A DNA stretch of 32,000 nucleotides from positions 3,674,449-3,706,448 of the forward strand of contig CP030158.1 in NCBI GenBank assembly GCA_003285105.1. The letters run 5' to 3'. Below are positions 15,866-24,684 of this stretch, one piece after another (the stretch's first letter is position 1; every line of letters starts with the position of its first letter). Origin of the DNA: Roseithermus sacchariphilus. GTDB taxonomy: Bacteria; Bacteroidota; Rhodothermia; Rhodothermales; MEBIC09517. Both the position numbers and the translations under genes were made by a program. The notes below the pieces were generated by a model, which was not told the DNA's origin, did not search any database, and worked only from the letters and a program-made list of their open reading frames with translations.

Positions 15866-18800
15866 GTGATCGGCCACCTTCTGCATATCCCGAGACGGGC
15901 TCTCCTGCTCGTGCTCTATACCGCGCTCGGTGCGGTCGTGCTGTTCGTCGCTCTCACCCGGACCCGCGTGGGCCGGGACGGGCTTCGCTTCGAGATCGAA
16001 CGGCAGTTCGCCCGGCACTTCGAAGGGCGGCTCTCCATCGGCGTGCTGGAGGGCAATCTCGTGAACGACCTCTTTGCCGGGCAGGTGACGCTCTACGCCC
16101 CCGACGGGCGGCCGGTCGTGGTGATCGATTCCGTCCTCGTCGAACCGGACTGGACCGACCTGTTTCGCCGCTCGGTATCGCTCGGCACGGTGACGCTGCA
16201 ACGCCCCCGCCTCCGGCTGCACGCCGACTCCTCCGGGGCGTGGAACCTGGCCTCTGCGCTGCGGCGCCGGCGCCCGCCCTCGGCGGAAGCGGCTCCGTGG
16301 TCGTTCTCCGGGGCGGCCATCCAGGTCGTGGACGGCGAACTCACCACGACCCGCGACGGCCCGCCGCCGCCGCCCGTGCACGAGGGGCGCGTCTTCGACT
16401 ACACCCGCGCCGACCTCCGTGCCATCGAAGCGGATCTGACGCTGGAGTGGGGTCCGGGCCGCCTGCTGGTCGACGTCCAGCGCCTCTCGGCACGAAGCGA
16501 CACCCTCGGCCTGGCCCTCGACGCCCTCAACGGGCAACTCGTGCGCACCGGCGACACCTGGGCCGTCAACGACCTGGACCTGCAACTGGGGGCCACGACG
16601 CTGTCGCTGAACGGGACGGCACGCTCGCTCTCCGCCTGGTCGGCCGAGGCGCTTCGGGAGGCGGTCTTCGACCTGGACCTGGAAAGCCCCCGGCTGGCCT
16701 GGAACGAGCTGCGCCGCCTGCTGCCGGCCCTGCCCCTGGACGACGGCATCGCGGCGACGCTGCGGGCGCACGGCCCCCTCTACGGACTGGTGGTGGAAAC
16801 CCTGGACCTGCGCCGCGGGCGTAGCCGCCTCGCCGTCGAGGGCACCGTCCTCGGCTGGCCGGACTCGCTGGACGTCGAACTGGACTGGCGCCGGACGCGC
16901 CTGGTCCCGGCCGACGTGCGGGCCGTCTGGCCCGGCGCGCCCGCCGACGTGCTCCGGCGCCTCGGCACGACGCGGGCGGACGTCCTCACGCGGGGACGCC
17001 TCCGCGGAAACGCGGGGGAGCGATCCGTGCGCGCCTGGATCGAAGGGCAGGTGCAGACGGAGGCCGGCACGCTGGCCGGCCGCGTGCACGTCGAGCGAGA
17101 CGACGACGCCCGCCCGGCCTACGACCTCGACGTGCAGGCCACCCGCCTCGATCTGGGGCGTCTCCTGAACCGGCCGGGCCTGGCGAGCACCCTGGCCGGG
17201 CGGCTGCGGCTCGCCGGGACGGGCGACGACCCGGAGCGGCTCGCCGCCGATGCCTCGCTGCACCTCGGCCCCTCTCGCCTCGCCGGCCGACGGCTGGACT
17301 CGCTGTACCTGGACGTCCGGGCGCGGCAGGGGCAGTACACCGCCTCTGGCATGGCCCGGAGCGCCGGCAGCGTCGTCCGGGCCAGCACCGCGCTGGCCTG
17401 GAACCCGGCTTACCCCACCTATGCCTCGCAGGTGCGTCTGGACGCGGTCGACCTCGGCCCGCTGCTGCAACGAGACTCGCTACAGACCCGGCTCACGGCG
17501 GTCCTCGACGTGCGCGGAGGGGGGCGGTCGTGGTCCACCCTGCAGGGCCGGGCGATCCTGACGATGGACACCTCGCTGGTGGCCCACAACGGCGTCGCGC
17601 GGACGGTCCCGGCGCACACGACCACGCTCGACGTGCAGGGACAGGGCACGGACGGACCGCGCCTCCGCATCGGCGGGGATGTGCTCGATGCGGCGGTCGA
17701 AGGCCCGCTCGCCCCGGACCTCCTGGCCGCGCTGGGACGGCTCTGGCTGGACGGGCTCGGCGAGACGCTCCGGCGTGACCTGCAGAAGCCGTATCCGCGG
17801 CTGACGGCCTCGGCCCCCGACTCCGGCGGCAGCGAGCCGCCATCGACCCTCCTCTGGCAGGTCGGCGCCGAGCGAGAGCGGCTCGACGCGGCTCGGCGCC
17901 TGGCACAGGCCTCGCCGGACGCCCCGCTCCGCATCACGGCCCGGGTGCGGCTGCTCCGCTCGGACATCCTCTCGGCGCTGTTCCCGGCCGGGCCCCTGCT
18001 CCACACCGACCTGACCGCCGCCCTCACCGCCTCGGCAGACGCGGACTCGCTCCGCCTCAGCGGCCGCCTCACCGCCGACTCGCTCGACGTCGGCGCCCTC
18101 GTCCGGCTGGACAGCCTGGACGGTACGTGGACCCTGTCGTCGCGGTGGCGTGCCACGGGTCCGCCGGCGGTGGAGGCCACCGCCACGGTCACGGCGGCCC
18201 GGCTGAACACGGGGCGGCAGACGCTGCACGCGCCGGTCCTCGACGTCGCCACCGGGCCAGATGGCGGTCGGCTGCGGGTACGCACCGACGAGGCCCCCGG
18301 CGGGGTCGTGGTGCGGGGGGATGCCACGCTCACGCTGCTCCCCGACCGCAACCGCCTCACCCTTTCCGACCTCCTGATCGGCGCGGAATCGTACACGTGG
18401 ACGGCCCCGCAGCCGGGGCGGATCGACCTGTACGACGGGGCGGCGGTGGTCCACGACGTGACGCTGACCGCCCCCTCGACGCTCGTCGACGCGGCGCAGC
18501 GGCTCACGCTCACCGGCGCGGTGTCGCCGCTGCCCGAAGACACGCTCTTTGCCGAGATCGACGACCTCGTCCTGCGGCAAGTGTCGGCGCTGGCCGGGCT
18601 GCCACGGCCCGTCCGGGGACGGCTCAACGGCCGCGTGGCGCTGACCGGCGGGCTGCGCCAGCCGACGCTCTCCGGCCGCCTCGGCGTCGATGCCCTGGCC
18701 CTCGACGACCGGCTCCTCGGCGGCGTGGAGGTCACCAGCCGCCTCCTGCCGGAAGGCGGGATCGCCCTCGACGCCCGCCTGCGCCCGCTCCCGCCGGACT

Positions 18801-20737
18801 CCGTCGCCGCCCTCCTCGCCCGATCCCCCCTGCTCGCACGCGCCGAGGACAACGACCTGCACCTCTCCGGCACGCTGCGCTTCCCCCGCTTCGCCGCCGG
18901 TGCGATGATCGACGAAGGGGCGCTGGACCTGACGCTGGACGCCACCCGCATCGACCCATTCTTCTTCGACCTGCTTTTCGACATCGTCCAGAACGCCGAC
19001 GGCCGCATCGCCGGCCGCGGCACCATCGGCGGCACCTTCCGGCGCCCCCTCTTCGACGCCCGCATGCGCCTGGAAGACGGCCGCGTGCAGATCCCCCGCT
19101 TCAACCTCCGCTATGCCCTCTCCGGCGACATCGACGTGACGGCCGACGGGTTCGTGCTGCGCGACGTCCTCGTCTCGGACCCCGCCGGCGGACAGGCCCG
19201 CCTCGACGGGCGCATCCTCTTCAACGACTATGCCTACTTCTCCTTCGATCTCGACGGCCGGCTCGACCGCCTCCAGATCATGAACGCCCCCCGCTCGGAC
19301 GACCTGCCCTTCTACGGGCGCATCGCCGCCTCCGGGCTCGCCCGCCTCGAAGGCCCGACCTACCAGGCCCGCCTGCAATCGTTCGACGCGCGGACGACCC
19401 CCGACAGCGAGATCTTCATTCCCGTCGTCTCCTCCAACGAGGTCGCCGACGCCGGCTACATCATCTTCGCCGACTCCACCGGTCGGCTTCCCGACCTGAG
19501 GCGGCTCACCCGCCGCTCGAACATCCTGGCTCAGCGCCCCGTCGGCGAGCGGACGTTCATCGACGGGCTGGAGATGGATCTAAACATCCAGGCCCCGCGT
19601 ACGTCCGTCGTGCATCTGGTGATCGACCCCCTGCTGGGAGACGTCATCAACGCCGTCGGGGGCGGCCGTCTCCAGATCCAGCGGCAGGAAGGCGAGTTCC
19701 TCACCTTCGGCACGCTCGAAGTGGAGGCCGGAGATTACCTCTTCACCGCCGGCGAGGTGTTCGTGCGGCGCTTCCTCATCGAAGACGGCACGATCACCTG
19801 GGACGGCGACCCGACCAACCCGCTGCTGGACATCCAGGCGGCCTACCGGACGCGCGCCTCGCGCGCCGGCCTGCCGGGCGAGGTGGGCGATAGCCCGGGG
19901 CTGATCCCCCTCGTCGTGCAACTGCACATCACCGGCCGCACCGAGTCGCCCATCGTCGACCTCAGCCTTGCCGTCGACCGCAGCGACCGGGACGTGATCC
20001 GCGGCTACGAGGGCCTGGAAGCCGTGCTCAACCAGCCGGAGCGGTCGACGGAGTATGCCACGAGCGTGCTGCTGACGAACTCCTTCCTGCTGACGACCGA
20101 CCTGGCCTCGGGATCGGCCGGGCAGACGGGCGAGCGCCTGGCCTTCAACAGCCTCTCGCAGCTCGTCGGAAACCAGCTCAACCGTTACATCAACCAGGCC
20201 ATTCCAAACCTGGACGTCAACCTGGGCCTGCAGACCGGCGCCACGAGCGAGGACCTGGGGCTGACCTACGGGGTCGCGCTCCGGCTGCTGGACGAACGGC
20301 TCATCATCCGCGGCCAGGGCGTCGTCGATAACAACCAGCAGGAGACCCGCCAGCAGGCCTTCACCGTCGAGGTCCGCCTCAGCCCGCGCGTCTCCGTGGA
20401 GGTCTTCCACCGGCGCGAAGGCGATGCCTTCACGTTCGACGAGACCACGAGCACCACCGGGGCCGGGATCTCTTACCAGACGCTCTTTTCCAACTGGAAA
20501 CAGTTCTTCCGGCGCCTCTTCGGCGGGGCGGGCTCCGACGCTCCGGCCACCCCGCCGCCGACGGACCCGCCGCCCGCGCCGGAACCGGCCGCCGGCGACC
20601 GCCTCCCGGCATCGCCGTCCGATTCGACCACCGCTTTCTTTGTCATCCCTTTTCATCACCCGTTCATACATGAGCAAGCTACCCTCACGCAAACAGATCC
20701 GGCGCGACATCCTGCGCCTGCTCCGCAACCACGGTAA
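15866..20737 (+). CDS. tamB: TamB-like translocation and assembly module protein (AsmA/DUF490 family), 1623 aa
   Basis: GTG start. An N-terminal signal-anchor helix (ALLLVLYTALGAVVLFVAL) is followed by the typical start RDGLRFEIERQFARHFEGRLSIGVLEGNL. Then comes more than 1300 aa of repetitive beta-strand-rich sequence (LxGxLxLxG motifs). The C-terminal DUF490-like block is RLQIQRQEGEFLTFGTLEVEAGDYLFTAGEVFVRRFLIEDGTITWDGDPTNPLLDIQAAY. The last ~70 aa are a Pro-rich tail overlapping rnr, so the true stop is somewhat uncertain. Confidence 0.8.
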   Translation: MIGHLLHIPRRALLLVLYTALGAVVLFVALTRTRVGRDGLRFEIERQFARHFEGRLSIGVLEGNLVNDLFAGQVTLYAPDGRPVVVIDSVLVEPDWTDLFRRSVSLGTVTLQRPRLRLHADSSGAWNLASALRRRRPPSAEAAPWSFSGAAIQVVDGELTTTRDGPPPPPVHEGRVFDYTRADLRAIEADLTLEWGPGRLLVDVQRLSARSDTLGLALDALNGQLVRTGDTWAVNDLDLQLGATTLSLNGTARSLSAWSAEALREAVFDLDLESPRLAWNELRRLLPALPLDDGIAATLRAHGPLYGLVVETLDLRRGRSRLAVEGTVLGWPDSLDVELDWRRTRLVPADVRAVWPGAPADVLRRLGTTRADVLTRGRLRGNAGERSVRAWIEGQVQTEAGTLAGRVHVERDDDARPAYDLDVQATRLDLGRLLNRPGLASTLAGRLRLAGTGDDPERLAADASLHLGPSRLAGRRLDSLYLDVRARQGQYTASGMARSAGSVVRASTALAWNPAYPTYASQVRLDAVDLGPLLQRDSLQTRLTAVLDVRGGGRSWSTLQGRAILTMDTSLVAHNGVARTVPAHTTTLDVQGQGTDGPRLRIGGDVLDAAVEGPLAPDLLAALGRLWLDGLGETLRRDLQKPYPRLTASAPDSGGSEPPSTLLWQVGAERERLDAARRLAQASPDAPLRITARVRLLRSDILSALFPAGPLLHTDLTAALTASADADSLRLSGRLTADSLDVGALVRLDSLDGTWTLSSRWRATGPPAVEATATVTAARLNTGRQTLHAPVLDVATGPDGGRLRVRTDEAPGGVVVRGDATLTLLPDRNRLTLSDLLIGAESYTWTAPQPGRIDLYDGAAVVHDVTLTAPSTLVDAAQRLTLTGAVSPLPEDTLFAEIDDLVLRQVSALAGLPRPVRGRLNGRVALTGGLRQPTLSGRLGVDALALDDRLLGGVEVTSRLLPEGGIALDARLRPLPPDSVAALLARSPLLARAEDNDLHLSGTLRFPRFAAGAMIDEGALDLTLDATRIDPFFFDLLFDIVQNADGRIAGRGTIGGTFRRPLFDARMRLEDGRVQIPRFNLRYALSGDIDVTADGFVLRDVLVSDPAGGQARLDGRILFNDYAYFSFDLDGRLDRLQIMNAPRSDDLPFYGRIAASGLARLEGPTYQARLQSFDARTTPDSEIFIPVVSSNEVADAGYIIFADSTGRLPDLRRLTRRSNILAQRPVGERTFIDGLEMDLNIQAPRTSVVHLVIDPLLGDVINAVGGGRLQIQRQEGEFLTFGTLEVEAGDYLFTAGEVFVRRFLIEDGTITWDGDPTNPLLDIQAAYRTRASRAGLPGEVGDSPGLIPLVVQLHITGRTESPIVDLSLAVDRSDRDVIRGYEGLEAVLNQPERSTEYATSVLLTNSFLLTTDLASGSAGQTGERLAFNSLSQLVGNQLNRYINQAIPNLDVNLGLQTGATSEDLGLTYGVALRLLDERLIIRGQGVVDNNQQETRQQAFTVEVRLSPRVSVEVFHRREGDAFTFDETTSTTGAGISYQTLFSNWKQFFRRLFGGAGSDAPATPPPTDPPPAPEPAAGDRLPASPSDSTTAFFVIPFHHPFIHEQATLTQTDPARHPAPAPQPR

Positions 20738-22787
20738 ACAGAGCTTCCGCCCCAAAGAGATCGCCAAACGACTCGACTACCGCGATCAGCGCACCTACCG
20801 CCTGTTCCGCGACGTCCTGGCCGAGATGGACGAGCAGAACATGCTCGGGAAGGTCAACGGGCGGTACACCTACCGCCCGCGCCCGACCCGCGTCGAAGGC
20901 ATCCTGCGCGTCAACCCTCGCGGCTTCGGCTTCGTGGAGGTCGAAGGGCGCGAGGAAGACCTGTACGTCCGCGAAACCAACATGGGCAATGCCCTCGACG
21001 GCGACCTCGTCGAGGTGGCCCTGGCCGCGCCGACCCGCGGCAGCGGACGCCGGGAGGCCGAGGTGCTCCGCGTCATCGAACGCCGACGCACACAGGTCGT
21101 CGGCACCTTCCAGCAACTCGGCCGCTTCGCCTTCGTCGACCCGGACGACCAGCGCGTGACGCAGGATGTCTACGTCCCCCGCGAAGACTTCAACGGCGCG
21201 CAGGACGGCGACAAGGTCATCGTCTCCATCGACCGCTTCGACGACCGCAAGGCCTCGCCCGAGGGGCGCGTCCTCCAGGTCCTCGGCCGGGCCGACGACC
21301 CGGAGATCCAGGTGCTCGCCCTGGCGATGAGCTTCGACGTCCGAGCCGGCTTCAGCGAGGAGGTCATCCGCGAGGCCGAGGCCATCCCGGATACCATCCC
21401 CGCCGAGGAGATCGAGCGCCGGCTGGATCTGCGCCACAAACGGATCTTCACCATCGACCCGGCCGACGCCAAGGACTTCGACGACGCGATCCACGTCGAG
21501 CGGCTGGACAACGGCAACTTCGAGGTCGGCGTGCACATTGCCGACGTGAGCCACTACGTCCGCCCCGGCACGGCGCTCGACGCCGAGGCCTACGCCCGCG
21601 GCACGAGCGTCTACCTGGTCGACCGCGTCATCCCGATGCTGCCGGAGAAGCTCTCCAACGGCGTCTGTTCCCTGCGACCGCACGAGGACAAGCTGGCCTA
21701 CTCCTGCATCATGGAGGTCTCGCCGCGCGGCTCGGTGAAGAGCTACCAGATCCGGGAGACGGTCATCCACTCCCACCACCGGTTCACGTACGAGGAGGCG
21801 CAGGCCCTGATCGAGGGCGGCCATCCCGACCATCCCTTTGCGGCGGACGTGGTGCAGGCGGCCCGCCTGGCCCGCACCCTCACCCGCAAGCGCCTGCGCG
21901 AGGGCGCCGTCGACTTCGACCTGCCGGAGATCCGGGTGATCCTGGACGAGGCGGGCCGGCCGGTGGAGATCGTGCGCAAAGAACGCAAGGAGGCCAACCG
22001 CCTCATCGAGGAGTTCATGCTGCTCGCCAACCGCACGGTGGCACGCCACATCGGAAAACGCCGCGAGGCCCCGCTGTTCATCTACCGCGTGCACGACCGC
22101 CCGGATGCCGAGAAGATCCAGACGCTGGCCCAGTACGTGCGCATCTTCGGATATCGGCTGAACCTCGACAACGGCAACGTCACCTCCCAAGAACTGAACA
22201 AGCTCATCAGCCACATCAAGGGCAACCCGGAGGCGTACGTGATCGAGGACGCCGCACTCCGGGCCATGTCGAAAGCCAAATACGACCATCAGAACATCGG
22301 GCATTACGGGCTGGGCTTCCGCTACTACACGCACTTCACCAGCCCCATCCGCCGCTACCCCGACCTGATCGCGCACCGCCTGCTGAAGCGGTTCGCCCGG
22401 AAGAAGCAGACGACCTCGGACAAGGACGCCCTGGAGGCCCAGTGCCGGCATTGCTCCGAGCGGGAGCGCGTGGCCACCGAGGCCGAGCGCGAATCCGTCA
22501 AGCTCAAGCAGGTGGAATTCATCCGTCAGCATCTGGGCGAGCGGTTCACCGGGGTCGTCAGCGGCGTCACCAACTTCGGCGTCTTCGTCGAGCTGGAGGA
22601 CGTCCTCGTCGAGGGCATGGTCCACGTGCGCGACCTGGACGACGACTACTACGAATACGACGAGCGGACGTACACGCTCGTCGGGGTCGACACGGGGCGC
22701 ACGTTCCGCCCCGGGGACCGCGTGGAGGTGCAGGTCGTGGCGGCCGACGTCGAGACGCGCAAGGTGGACCTGGTGTTCGTCGATTAA
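20670..22787 (+). CDS. rnr: Ribonuclease R
   Basis: ORF 20424..22787; the recognisable protein starts at ATG 20670 (MSKLPSRKQIRRDILRLLRNHGKQSFRPKEIAKRLDY, N-terminal HTH). Cold-shock/OB regions: GILRVNPRGFGFVE. RNB catalytic domain: FTIDPADAKDFDDAIHVE, HIADVSHYV, RGTSVYLVDRVIPMLPEKLSNGVCSL, GHYGLGFRYYTHFTSPIRRYPDLIAHR. C-terminal S1 domain: FTGVVSGVTNFGVFVEL. Confidence 0.93.
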   Translation: MSKLPSRKQIRRDILRLLRNHGKQSFRPKEIAKRLDYRDQRTYRLFRDVLAEMDEQNMLGKVNGRYTYRPRPTRVEGILRVNPRGFGFVEVEGREEDLYVRETNMGNALDGDLVEVALAAPTRGSGRREAEVLRVIERRRTQVVGTFQQLGRFAFVDPDDQRVTQDVYVPREDFNGAQDGDKVIVSIDRFDDRKASPEGRVLQVLGRADDPEIQVLALAMSFDVRAGFSEEVIREAEAIPDTIPAEEIERRLDLRHKRIFTIDPADAKDFDDAIHVERLDNGNFEVGVHIADVSHYVRPGTALDAEAYARGTSVYLVDRVIPMLPEKLSNGVCSLRPHEDKLAYSCIMEVSPRGSVKSYQIRETVIHSHHRFTYEEAQALIEGGHPDHPFAADVVQAARLARTLTRKRLREGAVDFDLPEIRVILDEAGRPVEIVRKERKEANRLIEEFMLLANRTVARHIGKRREAPLFIYRVHDRPDAEKIQTLAQYVRIFGYRLNLDNGNVTSQELNKLISHIKGNPEAYVIEDAALRAMSKAKYDHQNIGHYGLGFRYYTHFTSPIRRYPDLIAHRLLKRFARKKQTTSDKDALEAQCRHCSERERVATEAERESVKLKQVEFIRQHLGERFTGVVSGVTNFGVFVELEDVLVEGMVHVRDLDDDYYEYDERTYTLVGVDTGRTFRPGDRVEVQVVAADVETRKVDLVFVD

Positions 22788-22847
22788 GAACGGCGGCGGG
22801 GGGCCGATGACAGGGGGAGCATCGCCCTTCATCAGCCCCCCGATCCC

Positions 22848-23285
22848 ATGATGCCCGAGCTTCTGGCCCAGGTGCCCACGCTGGCCCTGATCGCGCTCGT
22901 CTTCTACCTGGCCGCCGGCCTCCGGCGCGAACGTCGCCGCCAGGCTGAGCGACCGACCGCCGGCCCGGACGAGGCCCTGCTCAAACGCCTGGATCAGCTC
23001 TCCACGCGCGTCGACGAGCTCAGCGAGCAGGCGTGGCGCCTGGAGGAGCGCCTGGCCGAGGCGATGGAGACGGCCCGGCACAACCACGAACGCATCGCCA
23101 AACACCGGACGGCGCTGGAGCGCTTCGGGATGTTCCTGGAGGACGAACTCAACCGCATCGACCGTGGCCTGGCCGACGTGCAGGCCCGCGTGAACGCGCT
23201 GACCCTGCCCGATGCGCTCCGCCACGCGGCGGAGGACGAGGAGCTGGCCGAGTATGAGATCGCCAGCCTCGACGCGGCGGCGTGA
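22848..23285 (+). CDS. Hypothetical membrane-anchored coiled-coil protein
   Basis: 145-aa ORF. One N-terminal TM helix (VPTLALIALVFYLAAGL) is followed by a charged helical region (LLKRLDQLSTRVDELSEQAWRLEERLAEAMETARHNHERIAKHRTALERF). I recognise no family. Its codon composition is consistent with the core genome. Confidence 0.5.
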   Translation: MMPELLAQVPTLALIALVFYLAAGLRRERRRQAERPTAGPDEALLKRLDQLSTRVDELSEQAWRLEERLAEAMETARHNHERIAKHRTALERFGMFLEDELNRIDRGLADVQARVNALTLPDALRHAAEDEELAEYEIASLDAAA

Positions 23286-23505
23286 ACCGGAGCGGGCCGG
23301 CGTTGTAGAGGGCTGGTTCCTACCGGGTCTGGCAGTCCCTACAGTGATCCCGCGGAGGGAGGCCAGGGCCTGCCATCCCCGTTGTCCTCAGATGCCTTCG
23401 CATGCCGGGATCACCTGATTCCGCCTTATCGCAACAAAAAAGGCCACGAAAGGAACCCCGAAGAGGCAGCCAGCACCGGGCCACATCCTCTCTTACCCTC
23501 CCGGC

Positions 23506-24354
23506 TCAACGAATCATGAAGGAGACCGCCACCGGACTCCCGTTCTGCATCAAGGGCGGATCAGACGTCCCCGAGCCGCCGAACTCGAAGACCCCGATCT
23601 GGCCACTGTCTTCATGAAGCATGGCATAGAGCGTCGTGCCCGAAGCAACACCCGTTTCCAGCCCCACCGGAATGTTCCGGGTCTTCCCATGGCGTATGAA
23701 CGCTTTGCCCAGGATCACCGAAGGATCAGGCGTTCCGTTCTGCGTGGCCGGGTGAATAACGACCCAGGCATCCGAAGTTACCAGCACTTCGGACAACAAC
23801 ACCACCTCTCCCACTACGTCGCCTACCGTTAGCCCTGGAGCGCCGGGTACCTCTTCCGAGCCTCCATCGAGAGGTGGAACGGCCGGCGGAATCGGCTCCC
23901 TCTCATAATCGAGCTGCTCGAGATCGCCGATCAGGGCTTCCATCTCAGCAATCTCTCGGCGCTGAGCCAGAATGATGTCATCGGCAAGCCGGCGCACTCG
24001 TGGATCCGATATCTTTGCGCGTTCGCTCGTCAGGATCGCGATGGAATGGTGGGGAATCATAGCCTTCATCCAGTCAACGTCATCGACCGTATCCTGGCTC
24101 CGCGCAAGAAACAGCGCCCCCACCAGCACCAGCGCGCTTCCCGCGAAGACAGCAAGGTTCTTTTTGCGATCGGCATACATTTCTCGCATAAATCCGAGCA
24201 TGACTATCGCCATTGCGGATCCCATGTAAAGAGCCATCCAGAAGCGCGTCTCGCTCCACCAGACATGACTAAAACGATAGGCAGTGGAATACATCAAGAT
24301 GAACATCACCACGGTAGAGGTGGCGATCATGGCTATGAATCGCTTATAGGACAT
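23506..24354 (-). CDS. Membrane protein: 3 TM helices + DUF305-like helical segment + C-terminal beta-rich domain (DUF7282-like by eye)
   Basis: ORF 23506..24369; the likely ATG is at 24354 (MSYKRFIAMIATSTVVMFILMY...). The DUF305-type motif is WMKAMIPHHSIAILTSERAKISDPRVRRLADDIILAQRREIAEMEALI. The C-terminal ~108 aa (nt 23509-23832) read AWVVIHPATQNGTPDPSVILGKAFIRHGKTRNIPVGLETGVASGTTLYAMLHEDSGQIGVFEFGGSGTSDPPLMQNGSPVAVSF. Confidence 0.72.
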   Translation of the reverse strand: MSYKRFIAMIATSTVVMFILMYSTAYRFSHVWWSETRFWMALYMGSAMAIVMLGFMREMYADRKKNLAVFAGSALVLVGALFLARSQDTVDDVDWMKAMIPHHSIAILTSERAKISDPRVRRLADDIILAQRREIAEMEALIGDLEQLDYEREPIPPAVPPLDGGSEEVPGAPGLTVGDVVGEVVLLSEVLVTSDAWVVIHPATQNGTPDPSVILGKAFIRHGKTRNIPVGLETGVASGTTLYAMLHEDSGQIGVFEFGGSGTSDPPLMQNGSPVAVSFMIR

Positions 24355-24684
24355 AGGTCGTTCACGCAAAGATATGATCGAAGTACGGGTTACATCTCAA
24401 TACGAGATCGACCAGAAAAAAGGATAACAGGATGGCTTCACCGCGTAAAGAACACACACTGCGAAGCCTGTTCTCCCCTCACGACTTCCGGCCTCTATCG
24501 GCATGAACTGACACAAACGAAATTACAAGGATAGAACCTTAAACTCCTTTCAGGTCACGCAACTGTTACGGCATCTTCAAAAGGATGCGTGGTATGGTAT
24601 GACACCTCCTTGCTCATGCTGCCTCCAGGCAGAACCTGTCAGGATAGGCCTCAAGGCGCCAGATAGCAGGCGTCGTCGCCATCC

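Noticed and set aside
20424-20669. N-terminal 82-codon extension of the RNase R ORF
   Set aside because: It is Pro/Arg-rich junk in a different frame of the TamB 3' end. The RNase R N-terminal HTH begins at ATG 20670.
15503-20767. Minus-strand ORFs 15503..17470, 17419..19104, 17480..19378 and 19580..20767, and off-frame + ORF 18127..19893
   Set aside because: All lie within the 1623-aa TamB-like frame and have extreme Arg/Pro/Gly/Ala composition. The TamB frame has a signal anchor, balanced composition and a DUF490-like C-terminal block.
20685-23225. Minus-strand 846-aa ORF
   Set aside because: It is antisense to RNase R (RNB and S1 motifs are clear on the + strand) and to the small coiled-coil gene.
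23286-23505. Possible tRNA, ncRNA or att site at the GC-shift boundary
   Set aside because: I could not fold a cloverleaf and found no T-loop GTTCGAATC-like element. There is only an imperfect 11-bp-stem hairpin (23304-23343, with one bulge and one G-U pair) and a T6 run on the minus strand (complement of 23436-23441) with no clean GC hairpin before it. This is not enough to call an RNA gene or a terminator.
23290-24400. Mobile-element signature (integrase, transposase, inverted repeats) at the island's left edge
   Set aside because: No ORF in any frame shows integrase or transposase motifs, and no terminal inverted or direct repeats were seen. Horizontal acquisition rests only on composition and gene content.
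24046-24534. + strand 162-aa ORF
   Set aside because: It is mostly antisense to the DUF305-fusion gene and has no motifs. The remainder runs into the AT-rich spacer.
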